From Pseudorhodobacter sp. (GTDB taxonomy: Bacteria; Pseudomonadota; Alphaproteobacteria; Rhodobacterales; Rhodobacteraceae): DNA of 64,000 bases. The notes under the pieces were generated by a model. The model saw only the letters and a list, made by a program, of their open reading frames with translations. It made no database searches and was not told the origin of the DNA. The DNA lies in contig JANOFE010000178.1 of the NCBI GenBank assembly GCA_031413495.1, forward strand, positions 15,888-79,887. The letters run 5' to 3'. Both the position numbers and the translations under genes were made by a program. This document shows, in pieces, positions 29,350 to 40,557 of this stretch (the first letter of the stretch is position 1; the number at the start of each line of letters is the position of its first letter).

Positions 29350-30633
29350 ATGCCCACAATCGAAGATCACCCCTTACGTTATGCCTTGGTCAACGAGCTG
29401 CATGCGCGCCCGTTTCCTGCATTGGACGCGCCCTGCCATGCGGTTTATGTGGCAATCAAGGAACCCCTGAATGCGGCCAACCGCAGCCGTGATGCGGACC
29501 GGATTCATCTTCTTGATCTGCTCGACAGGCACGGGTCTGCCCATCCGCAACCCGAAGCCACGCATTTTTCGGGGGCGATTGGGCGGGATGATCTGAAATG
29601 GGAAAGCCATACCGAATTTGTGACCTATTCCGCCTTTGGCAAGGGCCTGTCTGATCGTGCCTTTGATCCGGCGGAAGCCGAAGTTTTCCCCGAAGACTGG
29701 TTGGCGAAAAGTCCGGGCAAACGCATGGCTTCGGTTTTGATCCGGGTCGAATTTCTGCCAAAGGATGAGGCAGAGGTTTTAGCAAAGCTGGAAGACTGGT
29801 TTGTTCCCGAAAGCCTTGCTTGCGCGCTGGTTGTTGACGGTGCGGCCATCATCGCGGGCGATTTTCGCATTGATCCGGCAGGCCATATGCGGTTTGCGGT
29901 TTTCGTGCGGCCTGGCACCGGCGCGCGCCGGATTGGCCGCATCGTGCAACGCCTGTGCGAGATTGAAACCTACCGGGCGATGTCGATGTTGGGGCTGATG
30001 CGGGCGCGGCAATTGACCGCGCGGTTGAACGCGCTGGACCCCCGGTTGTCTGCTTTGGTTTCCGGCCTTGATGCGGTGGGGGCGTCCCCCGAAGCGGCCT
30101 TGCACGATTTGTTGACCATATCGGCCGAACTGGAAAGTCTGGCTGTGCAGTTTTCGTTCCGCTTTGGGGCCACGGCGGCCTATGAGGCGATCGTGAACCA
30201 ACGCATCGAAGTGTTGCGCGAAGTGCGGGTGCAGGGCCGGCAAACCTTTGGCGAATTCATGATGCGTCGGTATGACCCCGCCATGCGCACGGTGAAATCG
30301 GCCGAGGGGCGCTTGCGATCTATGGCGGAACGCGCCGAACGGGCGGCGGAATTGCTGCGCACCCGGGTTGATGTAGAGCGGTCTGCACAGAACCAGAAGC
30401 TGCTGGAAAGCATGGACGCGCGCGCCGATCAGCAGTTGCGGCTACAGCGCACGGTGGAAGGGCTGTCGACGGTGGCGATCAGCTATTACGGGGTCAACCT
30501 TGCGTCTTACCTTGTCTATCCGCTGACCGAACCGATGGGACAATCCAAAGGTCTGACTATGGCCTTGTTGACCCCGGTCGTTTTCCTTGCCGTCTGGTTG
30601 ATGGTCAGGCGAATCCGAAGCGGATTGCATTAA
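29350..30633 (+). CDS. DUF3422 family membrane-anchored protein
   Basis: The N-terminus EDHPLRYALVNELHARPFP is the DUF3422 signature as I recall it. The C-terminus has coiled-coil character followed by two TM helices. Confidence 0.7.
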   Translation: MPTIEDHPLRYALVNELHARPFPALDAPCHAVYVAIKEPLNAANRSRDADRIHLLDLLDRHGSAHPQPEATHFSGAIGRDDLKWESHTEFVTYSAFGKGLSDRAFDPAEAEVFPEDWLAKSPGKRMASVLIRVEFLPKDEAEVLAKLEDWFVPESLACALVVDGAAIIAGDFRIDPAGHMRFAVFVRPGTGARRIGRIVQRLCEIETYRAMSMLGLMRARQLTARLNALDPRLSALVSGLDAVGASPEAALHDLLTISAELESLAVQFSFRFGATAAYEAIVNQRIEVLREVRVQGRQTFGEFMMRRYDPAMRTVKSAEGRLRSMAERAERAAELLRTRVDVERSAQNQKLLESMDARADQQLRLQRTVEGLSTVAISYYGVNLASYLVYPLTEPMGQSKGLTMALLTPVVFLAVWLMVRRIRSGLH

Positions 30634-31037
30634 GTTGCGGGCTGTTTGCGGCCGATGCAGTATATCAGGTTTTCCTCGCCTAGGATCATTACCAAGAAAA
30701 CCTCGCCCGACAGGTCTTCGGAATGGCCCCTGGGGCCTTGCATGGTGACACCCTGTACTTTCAGTTCGTCTTTGAGGAACCCGCTCGGCACAATAAAGTA
30801 GGGCGTGTCGACGATTTCGTTGCCCAAGGGATGCAGGGTGCCATAGCTTGCGCGAGCGCCGTCCGGCGTCAGGACGGCGTAGGTGGTGTCAGCTACCACG
30901 ACCGTCACGATGGATGCCCCGGCATCGTTCCTACAGTCCCAGGTTCCGTCGGCAGTCATGTCGGCAATGCCCGCGCAGGCCGGGATCGCCGCGATACTTC
31001 CAAGGCAGAAGGCACCTGCGGGCAAAAAGCTCTTCAT
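30630..31037 (-). CDS. hypothetical secreted protein
   Basis: Signal peptide MKSFLPAGAFCLGSIAAIPACAG. 135 aa. I recognise no family. Its stop overlaps the stop of the convergent DUF3422 gene by 4 nt. Confidence 0.5.
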   Translation of the reverse strand: MKSFLPAGAFCLGSIAAIPACAGIADMTADGTWDCRNDAGASIVTVVVADTTYAVLTPDGARASYGTLHPLGNEIVDTPYFIVPSGFLKDELKVQGVTMQGPRGHSEDLSGEVFLVMILGEENLIYCIGRKQPAT

Positions 31038-31168
31038 GATCCGCTCCGTTGTCAACAAGGCAACGCAACCCGCGTTCAGCCGCGTCAGCCTTCATTCTAG
31101 CACAATTTGCGACGCTAGTCCCATTTTTCGGAAGATACGGGTCGGTTGGCCGCGCTTGGCACCTGCGC

Positions 31169-32080
31169 CTACCGCCCCCTGATCCGCGGGTCGAGGGCAT
31201 CGCGCACGCCGTCGCCGATATAGTTCACCGACAAGACGGTCAGCGAAATGGCAACGCCGGGCCAGATCACGCGTTCCGGATAAATCTGCATATAGGTCAG
31301 ACCATCGTACAAAAGCCGTCCCCAGGTTGGAAAATCAGGTGGAAACCCGAGGCCAAGAAAAGACAGGACCGATTCTGTGATAATAGCCTCGGCTATTCCC
31401 AGGGTCGCGGCCACCATGACCGGGGATATGACATTGGGCAGAATGTGGCGCAGAATGATGCGCCGGGGCACCGTGCCGATTGACCGTGCGGCAAGAACGA
31501 ATTCGCGTTCCTTTAGCGCAAGCACTTCGCCGCGCACGATCCGGGCGGCTTGCATCCAGGATGTAATGCCAATAGCAAAGACAATCAGGGAAAACGCCCC
31601 CAATTCTGGCCCGATAAGGCCTGCAACCCTGTCACGAAACAGCATCACCAGCACCAGAAGCAGCGGTATCAGAGGCAGGGCCAAAAACATGTCTGTCAGC
31701 CGCATCAACGGGCCATCAAGGCGTTTGAAATATCCTGCCAGCACGCCGACAAAGGTGCCAAAGACGATGGCGATGATCATCGCGACAAAGCCCACAGACA
31801 GCGAAATACGGCCCGCCAGCATCATGCGCGACAGCATATCGCGGCCCAGCTGATCTGTGCCAAGTGGAAACCGCAGCGACGGGCCTTGGTTCTTTAGCTT
31901 GATCGCTTGTGCCACGCCCAGTTTTTCGGGGATCCACAGATAGGGGCCAAGCAGCACAGCGATTGCCAGAATGGTCAGCACGATAAGGCCGAACAGCGCG
32001 CCCTTATGCTGGCGAAACTGCTGCCAGATTGCCTTGTTCTGGCTGACCGGCTTTGAGGTGGAGGCGCGGGCGTCACTCAT
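31169..32080 (-). CDS. ABC transporter permease (DppC/OppC type)
   Basis: 303 aa and about 6 TM. A BPD-transporter EAA-like loop is present (..EREFVLAARSIGTVPRRIILRHILPN). It overlaps the upstream permease by 8 nt. Confidence 0.9.
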   Translation of the reverse strand: MSDARASTSKPVSQNKAIWQQFRQHKGALFGLIVLTILAIAVLLGPYLWIPEKLGVAQAIKLKNQGPSLRFPLGTDQLGRDMLSRMMLAGRISLSVGFVAMIIAIVFGTFVGVLAGYFKRLDGPLMRLTDMFLALPLIPLLLVLVMLFRDRVAGLIGPELGAFSLIVFAIGITSWMQAARIVRGEVLALKEREFVLAARSIGTVPRRIILRHILPNVISPVMVAATLGIAEAIITESVLSFLGLGFPPDFPTWGRLLYDGLTYMQIYPERVIWPGVAISLTVLSVNYIGDGVRDALDPRIRGR

Positions 32081-33080
32081 AACGAATCCTTGGGTCTAAC
32101 AAGCCGTAAAGCACATCGGCGATCAGGTTGAAGATCACGATCAGGATGGCGAATATGAAGGCGAGTGTTTGCACCATTGGAATGTCATTGGCATGGATGG
32201 CCCCGATCAGGGCCGCGCCGATGCCGTTCACGCCAAACAGGTTCTCTGTAATGATGGCACCGCCAAAGATCGACGGAATGCCAAGGGCTATGACCGTCAC
32301 CACCGGGATCATCGAATTGCGCAAGACATGTTTCAAAACTACGGTCCGCTCGCTCATCCCCTTGGCGCGGGCGGTGCGCACGTAATCCTGCCCCATGTTT
32401 TCCAGCATGGAGGACCGCATATAGCGGCTGATGGCGGCGGCGTTGGCCAGCCCCAGGGTCATCACGGGCAGGGCCATCTGCTGCATCTGTTTGACGAATG
32501 ATTGCCAGTCGGTCACGGTCAGCGTGGTGTCATATTTGGTTGGAAACCAGCCCAGCCAGACCGCAAAGATGATGATGAAAAGGGTGCCGGAAAAGAACGT
32601 TGGCACCGAAAAGCCGATCATCGCAAACAGGGTTCCCGCCTGATCGAACCAAGAATACTGCCGGTAGGCGGAATAAATACCGATGGGCACGGCAATCAGA
32701 ATGCCGATCAGATAGGCGGTGCCGATCACCGTCAGGGTTTGCGGCACGCGTTGGCCGATGATGGTGAACACTGGGCTGCGTGATTGCCATGACAGGATGC
32801 GCTGCTCGTCGCCCGCCAGATTGGTGCCAAACCAGCCGTCAAACAGGGTGGCCGGTTCGACCCAGAAGAATTGCCTGAGCCACAGGAAATAGCGCACGAA
32901 CACCGGCTGATCCGCCCCCATGGCAGCGATCATTCTTTGGCGCACCTCGGGTGGCACGGTCAGGGGAATTTCAGACATCGGTGATCCGGGGGCCAGATCG
33001 ACCAGCAGAAAGATCACCAGTGAAATGACCAGAAGGGTTGGAATGGCCAACAAAAGCCTGCGGAGCGTGAACGTAAGCAT
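32073..33080 (-). CDS. ABC transporter permease (DppB/OppB type)
   Basis: MLTFTLRRLLLAIPTLLVISLVIFLL is a typical N-terminus. The EAA loop is DYVRTARAKGMSERTVVLKHVLRNS. Confidence 0.9.
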   Translation of the reverse strand: MLTFTLRRLLLAIPTLLVISLVIFLLVDLAPGSPMSEIPLTVPPEVRQRMIAAMGADQPVFVRYFLWLRQFFWVEPATLFDGWFGTNLAGDEQRILSWQSRSPVFTIIGQRVPQTLTVIGTAYLIGILIAVPIGIYSAYRQYSWFDQAGTLFAMIGFSVPTFFSGTLFIIIFAVWLGWFPTKYDTTLTVTDWQSFVKQMQQMALPVMTLGLANAAAISRYMRSSMLENMGQDYVRTARAKGMSERTVVLKHVLRNSMIPVVTVIALGIPSIFGGAIITENLFGVNGIGAALIGAIHANDIPMVQTLAFIFAILIVIFNLIADVLYGLLDPRIRYE

Positions 33081-33161
33081 GCGCGGCGTCGCCTCGGATC
33101 AAAGTAGGACGGAAAGGGAAAAGGTGGCGGGGCCAACAGAGCGGCCCCGCCAAGGATCAGA

Positions 33162-34865
33162 TCACTTCACACGGACCCAATCTGCGACATTCCAAAGTTC
33201 GCTGTCCCAAGCGTTGATCAACACACCCCCAAGCGCGTTGGAATGTGCCGACAAGGTGCCACGGTGCACCAGCGGGATGATGACCATGCTGTCTTTGGTC
33301 AGCATGTCATTCAGCTTTTTGGCAAGCTCGGCGCGCTTTGGCTCGTCACGGGTGCTGCTAAGTTCAGCCACCATGGCGTCATACGCCGGGTCACAGAAGC
33401 GGTTGATGTTCTGACCCTGCCATTGCGTTTCGGGCTTTGGAGCCTTGTCGCAGGCATATTGGGCCAGGTAGGTTTCAGGATCGGTGCCGTTGAAGTTGTT
33501 GGCATACATTTCCACGTCTGCATAAAACTTCTCGAACGTATCGGGGGATCCGGCGTCGCCGCCAAAGAACACGCTTGGATCAATCGCTTTCAGTTCAACT
33601 TCGACGCCCAGTTCTGTCCACCAATCCTTGATCAGCGCCTGGAAATCCTGACGGATCGGGTTGACGGTGGTTTGATAGAGGATGGTCAGCTTTTTGCCGT
33701 CCTTTTCGCGGATGCCGTCCGCATCGCTATCCACCCAGCCTGCGGTTTCCAGCAGGGCCTTGGCGCCTTCCATGTCTTGCGCGATGCAGCCCGTATTGTC
33801 GGATGTGTAAAGCGCCGGGGCTGGCACCAGGTTGCAGGTTGCATTGCCACCAGCGCCGTAGCCGACTTCAACCAGAATTTGGCGGTCAATCGCCATCGAC
33901 AGGGCCTTGCGCACATTCATGTCAGACAGAACCGGGTGCGGATGCGCGGCAGTGGAGCGCTCGCCTTCGGCCAGATCGGCGGACGGATCGGTCATGTTGA
34001 CCTCGATCCGCTCGACAAGGCTACCAAAGGCCACGACAAATTGGCCTTTGCCATCGACGTTCATTGCAGTCTGGCTATCGGGCGGGATTTGCGTGTTCCA
34101 AGCATAGTCAAACTCGCCGGTTTGCATCACAGCGCGGGCCGATCCTTCGGCATCGCCGCCACCCTTGATTGTGGCTGTGGCAAAGGCGGGCTTTGCCGGA
34201 TCGCGGTATTCCGGGTTGGCTTCCATCGACACGGTGTCATTGACGGTGAAAGCGGTCACGCGGAAGGGGCCAGTGCCGATTGGGCCGAAGTTCTGGTCGG
34301 TGCAGGTTGGCGCTGCCGCACCCATGCAAGCCGCAAACTGTGCCTTTTGCAAAACCGGCGACTGATTGCCAGCAAAAGCTGCAAACGGGTTTGGTTTGGC
34401 CGCCGCAAAGGTGATCTTCACCGTTGCAGCATCAACCGCTTCGACCGACGAAATACCGTCGAACTTGGTCAACTGCGCGCAACCGCCTGCGGGATCAGTG
34501 CAATACTGATAGGTAAACACCACGTCATCTGCGGTGACTGCGGTGCCGTCAGACCATTTCAGATCGGGCAGCAGCTTGTAGGTGATGGTGGTCAGATCTT
34601 CAGAAATACCGCCATTGGCAACTGTTGGAATTTCGGTGACCAGTTTGGCGATCAAAGCCCCGTTGTTGTCAAAGCCAACAAGCGGTTCGACGATCATCGA
34701 GGCTGCCAGAAGATCCTTGGTGCCGTCACTGAGGTAGGGGTTCAGAATGGAGGTGGCTTGCGGGAAGGTCAGCTTTAGCTCGCCATCCGTGCCACGTTCT
34801 GCAAAAGCGGCCGGTGCAAACGCAAACGCTGCAGCGGCCCCCAGTAGGGCTGTTTTGAATTTCAT
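33162..34865 (-). CDS. ABC transporter substrate-binding protein, family 5 (peptide/opine/nickel type)
   Basis: Signal peptide [22 protein letters not shown]. 567 aa with an SBP_bac_5-like pattern. Confidence 0.9.
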   Translation of the reverse strand: MKFKTALLGAAAAFAFAPAAFAERGTDGELKLTFPQATSILNPYLSDGTKDLLAASMIVEPLVGFDNNGALIAKLVTEIPTVANGGISEDLTTITYKLLPDLKWSDGTAVTADDVVFTYQYCTDPAGGCAQLTKFDGISSVEAVDAATVKITFAAAKPNPFAAFAGNQSPVLQKAQFAACMGAAAPTCTDQNFGPIGTGPFRVTAFTVNDTVSMEANPEYRDPAKPAFATATIKGGGDAEGSARAVMQTGEFDYAWNTQIPPDSQTAMNVDGKGQFVVAFGSLVERIEVNMTDPSADLAEGERSTAAHPHPVLSDMNVRKALSMAIDRQILVEVGYGAGGNATCNLVPAPALYTSDNTGCIAQDMEGAKALLETAGWVDSDADGIREKDGKKLTILYQTTVNPIRQDFQALIKDWWTELGVEVELKAIDPSVFFGGDAGSPDTFEKFYADVEMYANNFNGTDPETYLAQYACDKAPKPETQWQGQNINRFCDPAYDAMVAELSSTRDEPKRAELAKKLNDMLTKDSMVIIPLVHRGTLSAHSNALGGVLINAWDSELWNVADWVRVK

Positions 34866-35935
34866 AATATTGCTCCTTGTTGATTGTGCTCTTTAACCTC
34901 GGGGTCGCCGGTTTGTCCGGCTGTCGTTGTTATGGGGGTGACAAGGTGGCAGGCGACATGTCGCCCCGGTGCCACCACTATCAAGGCGGGCTGTTCGCTA
35001 TGGCAGCGATCAAAAACTTTCGGGCAGCGCGTGGAAAAGTTGCAGCCCTTAGGGGGATTGGCAGGCGAGGGCAGATCGCCCTTCAGGATAATCCGCTTGC
35101 GCGACCGTGCGCGCACCGGATCGGGTTCGTTTACCGCCGACAGCAGGGCCTGCGCATAGGGATGCAACGGATTGGCATAAAGATCATCGCGGGGCGACAG
35201 TTCGGCGATTTGCCCCAGATACATCACCGCAACCCGGTCTGCGATGTGGCGGACCATGGACAGATCATGGCTGATGAACAGGTAGGTCAGCCCAAATTTC
35301 GTTTGCAGGTCTTCCAGCAGGTTCACCACCTGCGCCTGAATGGACACGTCCAACGCGGCAATCGGTTCGTCACAAACGATGAATTTCGGGTTCAGCGCCA
35401 GTGCGCGGGCAATGCCAATGCGCTGCCGCTGGCCACCGGAAAATTCATGCGGAAAGCGGTTGGCGAAACGGCGGTTCAGACCAACGGCATCCATCAATTC
35501 GTGAATACGGTCCAGTTTTTGTGGGTCGGTCAGTTTGGTATGTTCATCCAAGGGTTCGCCGATGATTGCGGCCAGCGTCATGCGCGGGTTCAGGCTGGCT
35601 TGCGGGTCTTGAAACACCATTTGCATGGCAGGTCGTGCTTTGCGCAAAGCGGCGGCGTCGAGATGTGCGATGTCCTTACCGCCAATGGTGACAGAGCCAG
35701 AGGTCACTTCGTAAAGCCGCAATAAGGTGCGCCCGACAGTGGATTTGCCACAGCCGCTTTCGCCGACAAGACCAAGGGTTTCGCCCTCGAATATGTCAAA
35801 GCTGACATCATCTACCGCCTTCACATCGCCTGTGTGGCGGCGGAGTAAGCCCGAATAGATGGGAAAGTATTTTTTCAGATTGCGCACTGAAACAAGGGTT
35901 TTGGGCATAGCTGAATTTGTGTTCACGTCAAGCAT
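34862..35935 (-). CDS. ABC transporter ATP-binding protein (DppF/OppF type)
   Basis: Walker [10 protein letters not shown], signature FSGGQRQR, Walker [11 protein letters not shown], plus the oligopeptide C-terminal domain. The start is uncertain: I chose the ATG at 35935, with the ATG at 35992 and the TTG at 36001 as alternatives. Confidence 0.9.
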   Translation of the reverse strand: MLDVNTNSAMPKTLVSVRNLKKYFPIYSGLLRRHTGDVKAVDDVSFDIFEGETLGLVGESGCGKSTVGRTLLRLYEVTSGSVTIGGKDIAHLDAAALRKARPAMQMVFQDPQASLNPRMTLAAIIGEPLDEHTKLTDPQKLDRIHELMDAVGLNRRFANRFPHEFSGGQRQRIGIARALALNPKFIVCDEPIAALDVSIQAQVVNLLEDLQTKFGLTYLFISHDLSMVRHIADRVAVMYLGQIAELSPRDDLYANPLHPYAQALLSAVNEPDPVRARSRKRIILKGDLPSPANPPKGCNFSTRCPKVFDRCHSEQPALIVVAPGRHVACHLVTPITTTAGQTGDPEVKEHNQQGAIL

Positions 35936-36075
35936 GTGCCACCGCGCCTTGAGCCGAAAGAAAACTCTGCGGGGCAGAGTTTTCCGGTTCATTGCCCGCA
36001 AGGCGGAACACCGTCAGGGCAAGGGATGTGCGCCCCGATTTGATTGAAATCAAATCCGGTAAGGCAGTCAGGGAC

Positions 36076-37101
<1,026 letters not shown>

Positions 37102-37361
37102 ATGACACTCCCCAGTGCATTGGCAGTCTTTGATTTCCGGGTGTCAGGTTGGTGCCAGCCCCAGATTATTTAACGACTGTTGATCATTTTTTGTGATCCC
37201 GCAAGGCGGATTGTTCGGGTGACGCGGCGTCAAGGTGCAAACCCTTGTTTCGTCGGATCGTCCCATGCAGACCTATCGCAAGCCAGCGGTTCTGCCCTGC
37301 CTTGAACTTCGTGCTGTGCCGTCGCAGGATGGCGGCAAGTGATGGGGTCGCGCTGCGTGCG

Positions 37362-37973
37362 ATGGGCGTTGGTCAGGGGGTAGTGGTGCAAAAACTTCAG
37401 ACACAGGGGGTTCACCACATCACTTTGGTGGGGGCAGATCGCCAAACCAGCATTGATTTCTGGGAAGGCGTGCTGGGCATGCCTTTTATCTTTGATCAGC
37501 CCAATCTGGACCGTCCCGAAGAGGGGCACTTGTATTTTGATCCCGGCGATGGCCGCCTGATCACCATATTCACCAACGAGGCCCGCAAACCAGCAGGGCG
37601 GCGCACATCAACCGGGGCCGGGGCGGTGCATCACGTGGCCTTTGCGGTATCCCTTGCGACGTTCCGGCAGGCAGCAGCGCGGTTGGCCGCGCGTGGCATT
37701 GCGGTGGAGGGCCCGAAAGACCGAGGGTTCATGGATTCGATCTACTTTGAAGATCCGCTCGGGCTGTTGATCGAACTTGCGTGTTACAAGTTTGAGCCGC
37801 CTTTCGGGTGCAGCCATGCCGACGTGATGATCGCCGCGCACCGTTTGCGCGTGGCGCGCGGTGATCACCATATCGCCGAGGTGCATTTGGCCGATGCCAT
37901 AGAGGCCTTGGTGCAGGACCGCCAGCAATCGCTGTCTACAGACCGGGGTGCTAAAAACCCCTATCCGAGGTAA
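37362..37973 (+). CDS. VOC (glyoxalase/bleomycin-resistance/dioxygenase) family protein
   Basis: GVHHITLVGADRQTSIDFWEGVLGM and AVHHVAFAV are paired VOC modules. The start is uncertain: the ATG at 37362, or the GTG at 37383/37386 behind an AGGGGG RBS. The ORF-track start at 37245 is unlikely. Confidence 0.75.
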   Translation: MGVGQGVVVQKLQTQGVHHITLVGADRQTSIDFWEGVLGMPFIFDQPNLDRPEEGHLYFDPGDGRLITIFTNEARKPAGRRTSTGAGAVHHVAFAVSLATFRQAAARLAARGIAVEGPKDRGFMDSIYFEDPLGLLIELACYKFEPPFGCSHADVMIAAHRLRVARGDHHIAEVHLADAIEALVQDRQQSLSTDRGAKNPYPR

Positions 37974-37976
37974 AAT

Positions 37977-39155
37977 GTGTCGGTGGTAAATTCTGAACAC
38001 CCCCTATCGCCCCGCATGATTTTAGATCGTCTGGTTGGCTTTCAAACTGTCAGCCGCGACAGCAATCTTGATCTGGTAGATTGGGTTGAAAGTTATCTCG
38101 CCCGCCACGGCATTGCTGCGCACCGGCATTGGAATGAGGACCGGACCAAGGCCGCGCTTTTTGCGCATGTCGGGCCGCTGGTGGCGGGAGGTGTGGTGCT
38201 GTCGGGCCATACCGATGTCGTGCCGGTGGATGGGCAGGCATGGACCCGCGATCCCTGGATCGTCGAGGAACAGGATGGCCGTCTCTACGGGCGCGGCACC
38301 TGCGATATGAAAGGGTTTGATGCGCTGGCGATCTGGGCCATGGTCGAGGCGCAGCGGCTGGGTGTCGCCCGGCCTTTGCAGCTGGCGCTTTCCTATGACG
38401 AAGAAGTGGGTTGCACCGGTGCCCCGCCGATGATTGCGGCGATGGGGCTTACCTTGCCCAAGGCCGCGTCTGTGGTGGTGGGCGAGCCGTCGATGATGAA
38501 AATGGTGTCTGGCCACAAAGGTGGGTCTGGCTTTCAGGTGCATGTGCGCGGGCATGAAGTGCATTCCAGCATCATGCACAGGGGCGTCAATGCCATCATG
38601 ACCGGGGCGCGGTTGATCGACTGGGCGAACCGGATGAATGCGGCAAATGCGGCGGCGGTGCCATCGGGCCTTGCCGCCCCGTTTGTGCCGCCTTGGACAA
38701 CAGTGTATGTCGGCACCATTTCGGGTGGCACGGCGGAAAATATCACCGCCAAGGATTGCCATTTCGGCCTGGGCTTTCGGGTGGTGCCGGGGGAAGACCC
38801 AGAGGCTTGGGTAACACTGTTTTTGGCCGAAGTGGCAGCGCTGGACGCCGAGATTAAGGCGATTCATCCTGATGCAGGCATCACGGCCACGCGCAATTTC
38901 AATGTGCCGCCCCTGCGCCCGGAAACTGATGGACAGGCTGAGGCTTTGGTGCGCCGCCTGACCGGGGATAATGATACTTCGGTGGTCAGTTACGGCACAG
39001 AGGCCGGACAGTTTCAGGACGCGGGCTATTCGGTTGTGGTGTGCGGCCCGGGCGATATTGCGCAGGCGCATCAGCCGGATGAATATCTGGAGGTGGCGCA
39101 GTTTGAGGCAGGGCATGCATTTATGCAGCGGTTGATCAAGGACTTGCAGGCGTGA
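37977..39155 (+). CDS. acetylornithine deacetylase-like M20 metallopeptidase (ArgE family)
   Basis: LSGHTDVVPVDG and GRGTCDMKG are M20 motifs. The GTG start is 4 nt after the VOC stop. Confidence 0.85.
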   Translation: MSVVNSEHPLSPRMILDRLVGFQTVSRDSNLDLVDWVESYLARHGIAAHRHWNEDRTKAALFAHVGPLVAGGVVLSGHTDVVPVDGQAWTRDPWIVEEQDGRLYGRGTCDMKGFDALAIWAMVEAQRLGVARPLQLALSYDEEVGCTGAPPMIAAMGLTLPKAASVVVGEPSMMKMVSGHKGGSGFQVHVRGHEVHSSIMHRGVNAIMTGARLIDWANRMNAANAAAVPSGLAAPFVPPWTTVYVGTISGGTAENITAKDCHFGLGFRVVPGEDPEAWVTLFLAEVAALDAEIKAIHPDAGITATRNFNVPPLRPETDGQAEALVRRLTGDNDTSVVSYGTEAGQFQDAGYSVVVCGPGDIAQAHQPDEYLEVAQFEAGHAFMQRLIKDLQA

Positions 39156-40498
39156 TGGCGCATCCAATTTCTGCCGCGTCCCCGGTTCAGTTTTCTGGTC
39201 CAGCCCCGGCAAGTTGCGATGTCGTGGTCATTGGTGGTGGCGTCATCGGGGTGATGACAGCATGGTTTCTGGCCGAAAAAGGTCTGCGCGTGACGCTGTG
39301 CGAAAAGGGCCGCATTGCGGGCGAGCAAAGCAGCCGCAACTGGGGCTGGGTGCGCCAACAGGGCCGCGATCGTTCCGAGCTGCCAATCATGATCGAGGCG
39401 ATGCGGATTTGGAAAAGCCTCGCGCAGGAATTTGGTGAGGGTTTGGGGTTCCGGCAGGAAGGCGCGTTATATCTGGCCAAGTCCGAGGCTGAAATGGCGG
39501 GTTTTGCCGCGTGGTTGCCCCATGCGCAGGCCCATGGGCTGGATACTATGATGCTGTCAAAGGCGCAGGTATCGGCGCGGCTTAAAGGTGCTGCAGACCT
39601 GTGGCAGGGCGGCTTGATCACGCCATCTGACGGTCGGGCAGAACCTTGGGTGGCGGTGCCGATGCTGGCAACCGGGGCGGTGGCGCGGGGTGCGGTCATT
39701 GTCGAGAACTGCGCGGTCCGGACGCTGGATCTGGCGGCGGGCCGGATTGCGGGCGTGGTAACTGAGGCGGGCCGCATTGCGTGCAGCCACGTCGTGCTGG
39801 CGGGCGGGGCATGGTCACGGCTGTTTGCCACGGCGCACGGTGTCACTTTTCCGCAGCTTTCGGTTGTGGGGTCGGTCGCGGCGACCGAACCAATGCCAGA
39901 TGTGTTTGCTGGAAACGCGGCGGACAACGAATTTGCGTTTCGCAGGCGCGTGGATGGCAGCTACACGATTGCTCCGGGGATGGAGCATGATTTTTTCATC
40001 GGGCGGAATGCGTTTTCGTCGGCGATGACCTATTTGCCGACCCTGCTACACGACTACAAATCCACGCATTTCCGGGCCGCAGCGCCTGCCGGATTTCCTG
40101 ACGCATGGGGCACCAAGCGGTGCTGGGCGGCGGATGAAGTCACGCCGTTTGAGGCGATGCGCGTGCTGAACCCAAAGCCGAACATGAAAACCATAGCCCG
40201 GGTACAGGATAGTTTTGCCAAGGCTTTTCCGGCGCTGGGCCGCCCAAAGCTGCGCACGGTCTGGGCCGGAATGATCGATACCATGCCCGATATTGTGCCT
40301 GTCATCGACCATGCGGTGGCCATTCCCGGCCTTGTCATCGCCACCGGCATGAGCGGGCATGGCTTTGGCATTGGCCCCGGTGTCGGGCGCGTGGTGGCTG
40401 ATCTGGTGGTTGGAAATGATCCGGGGCATGATCTGACCCGGTTCCGGTTGTCGCGGTTCAGCGATGGATCGAAAATCGCACCGGGGCCTTCGCTCTAG
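39152..40498 (+). CDS. FAD-dependent oxidoreductase (DAO family)
   Basis: Dinucleotide-binding fold DVVVIGGGVIGVMTAWFLAEKGLRVTLCEK. It overlaps the ArgE-like gene by 4 nt. Confidence 0.85.
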   Translation: MMAHPISAASPVQFSGPAPASCDVVVIGGGVIGVMTAWFLAEKGLRVTLCEKGRIAGEQSSRNWGWVRQQGRDRSELPIMIEAMRIWKSLAQEFGEGLGFRQEGALYLAKSEAEMAGFAAWLPHAQAHGLDTMMLSKAQVSARLKGAADLWQGGLITPSDGRAEPWVAVPMLATGAVARGAVIVENCAVRTLDLAAGRIAGVVTEAGRIACSHVVLAGGAWSRLFATAHGVTFPQLSVVGSVAATEPMPDVFAGNAADNEFAFRRRVDGSYTIAPGMEHDFFIGRNAFSSAMTYLPTLLHDYKSTHFRAAAPAGFPDAWGTKRCWAADEVTPFEAMRVLNPKPNMKTIARVQDSFAKAFPALGRPKLRTVWAGMIDTMPDIVPVIDHAVAIPGLVIATGMSGHGFGIGPGVGRVVADLVVGNDPGHDLTRFRLSRFSDGSKIAPGPSL

Positions 40499-40557
40499 CA
40501 GTTTACACCCGCATTTTGGCAGGGTAGCAAACGCGTTTTGCATCTGGGGTTTGGCGT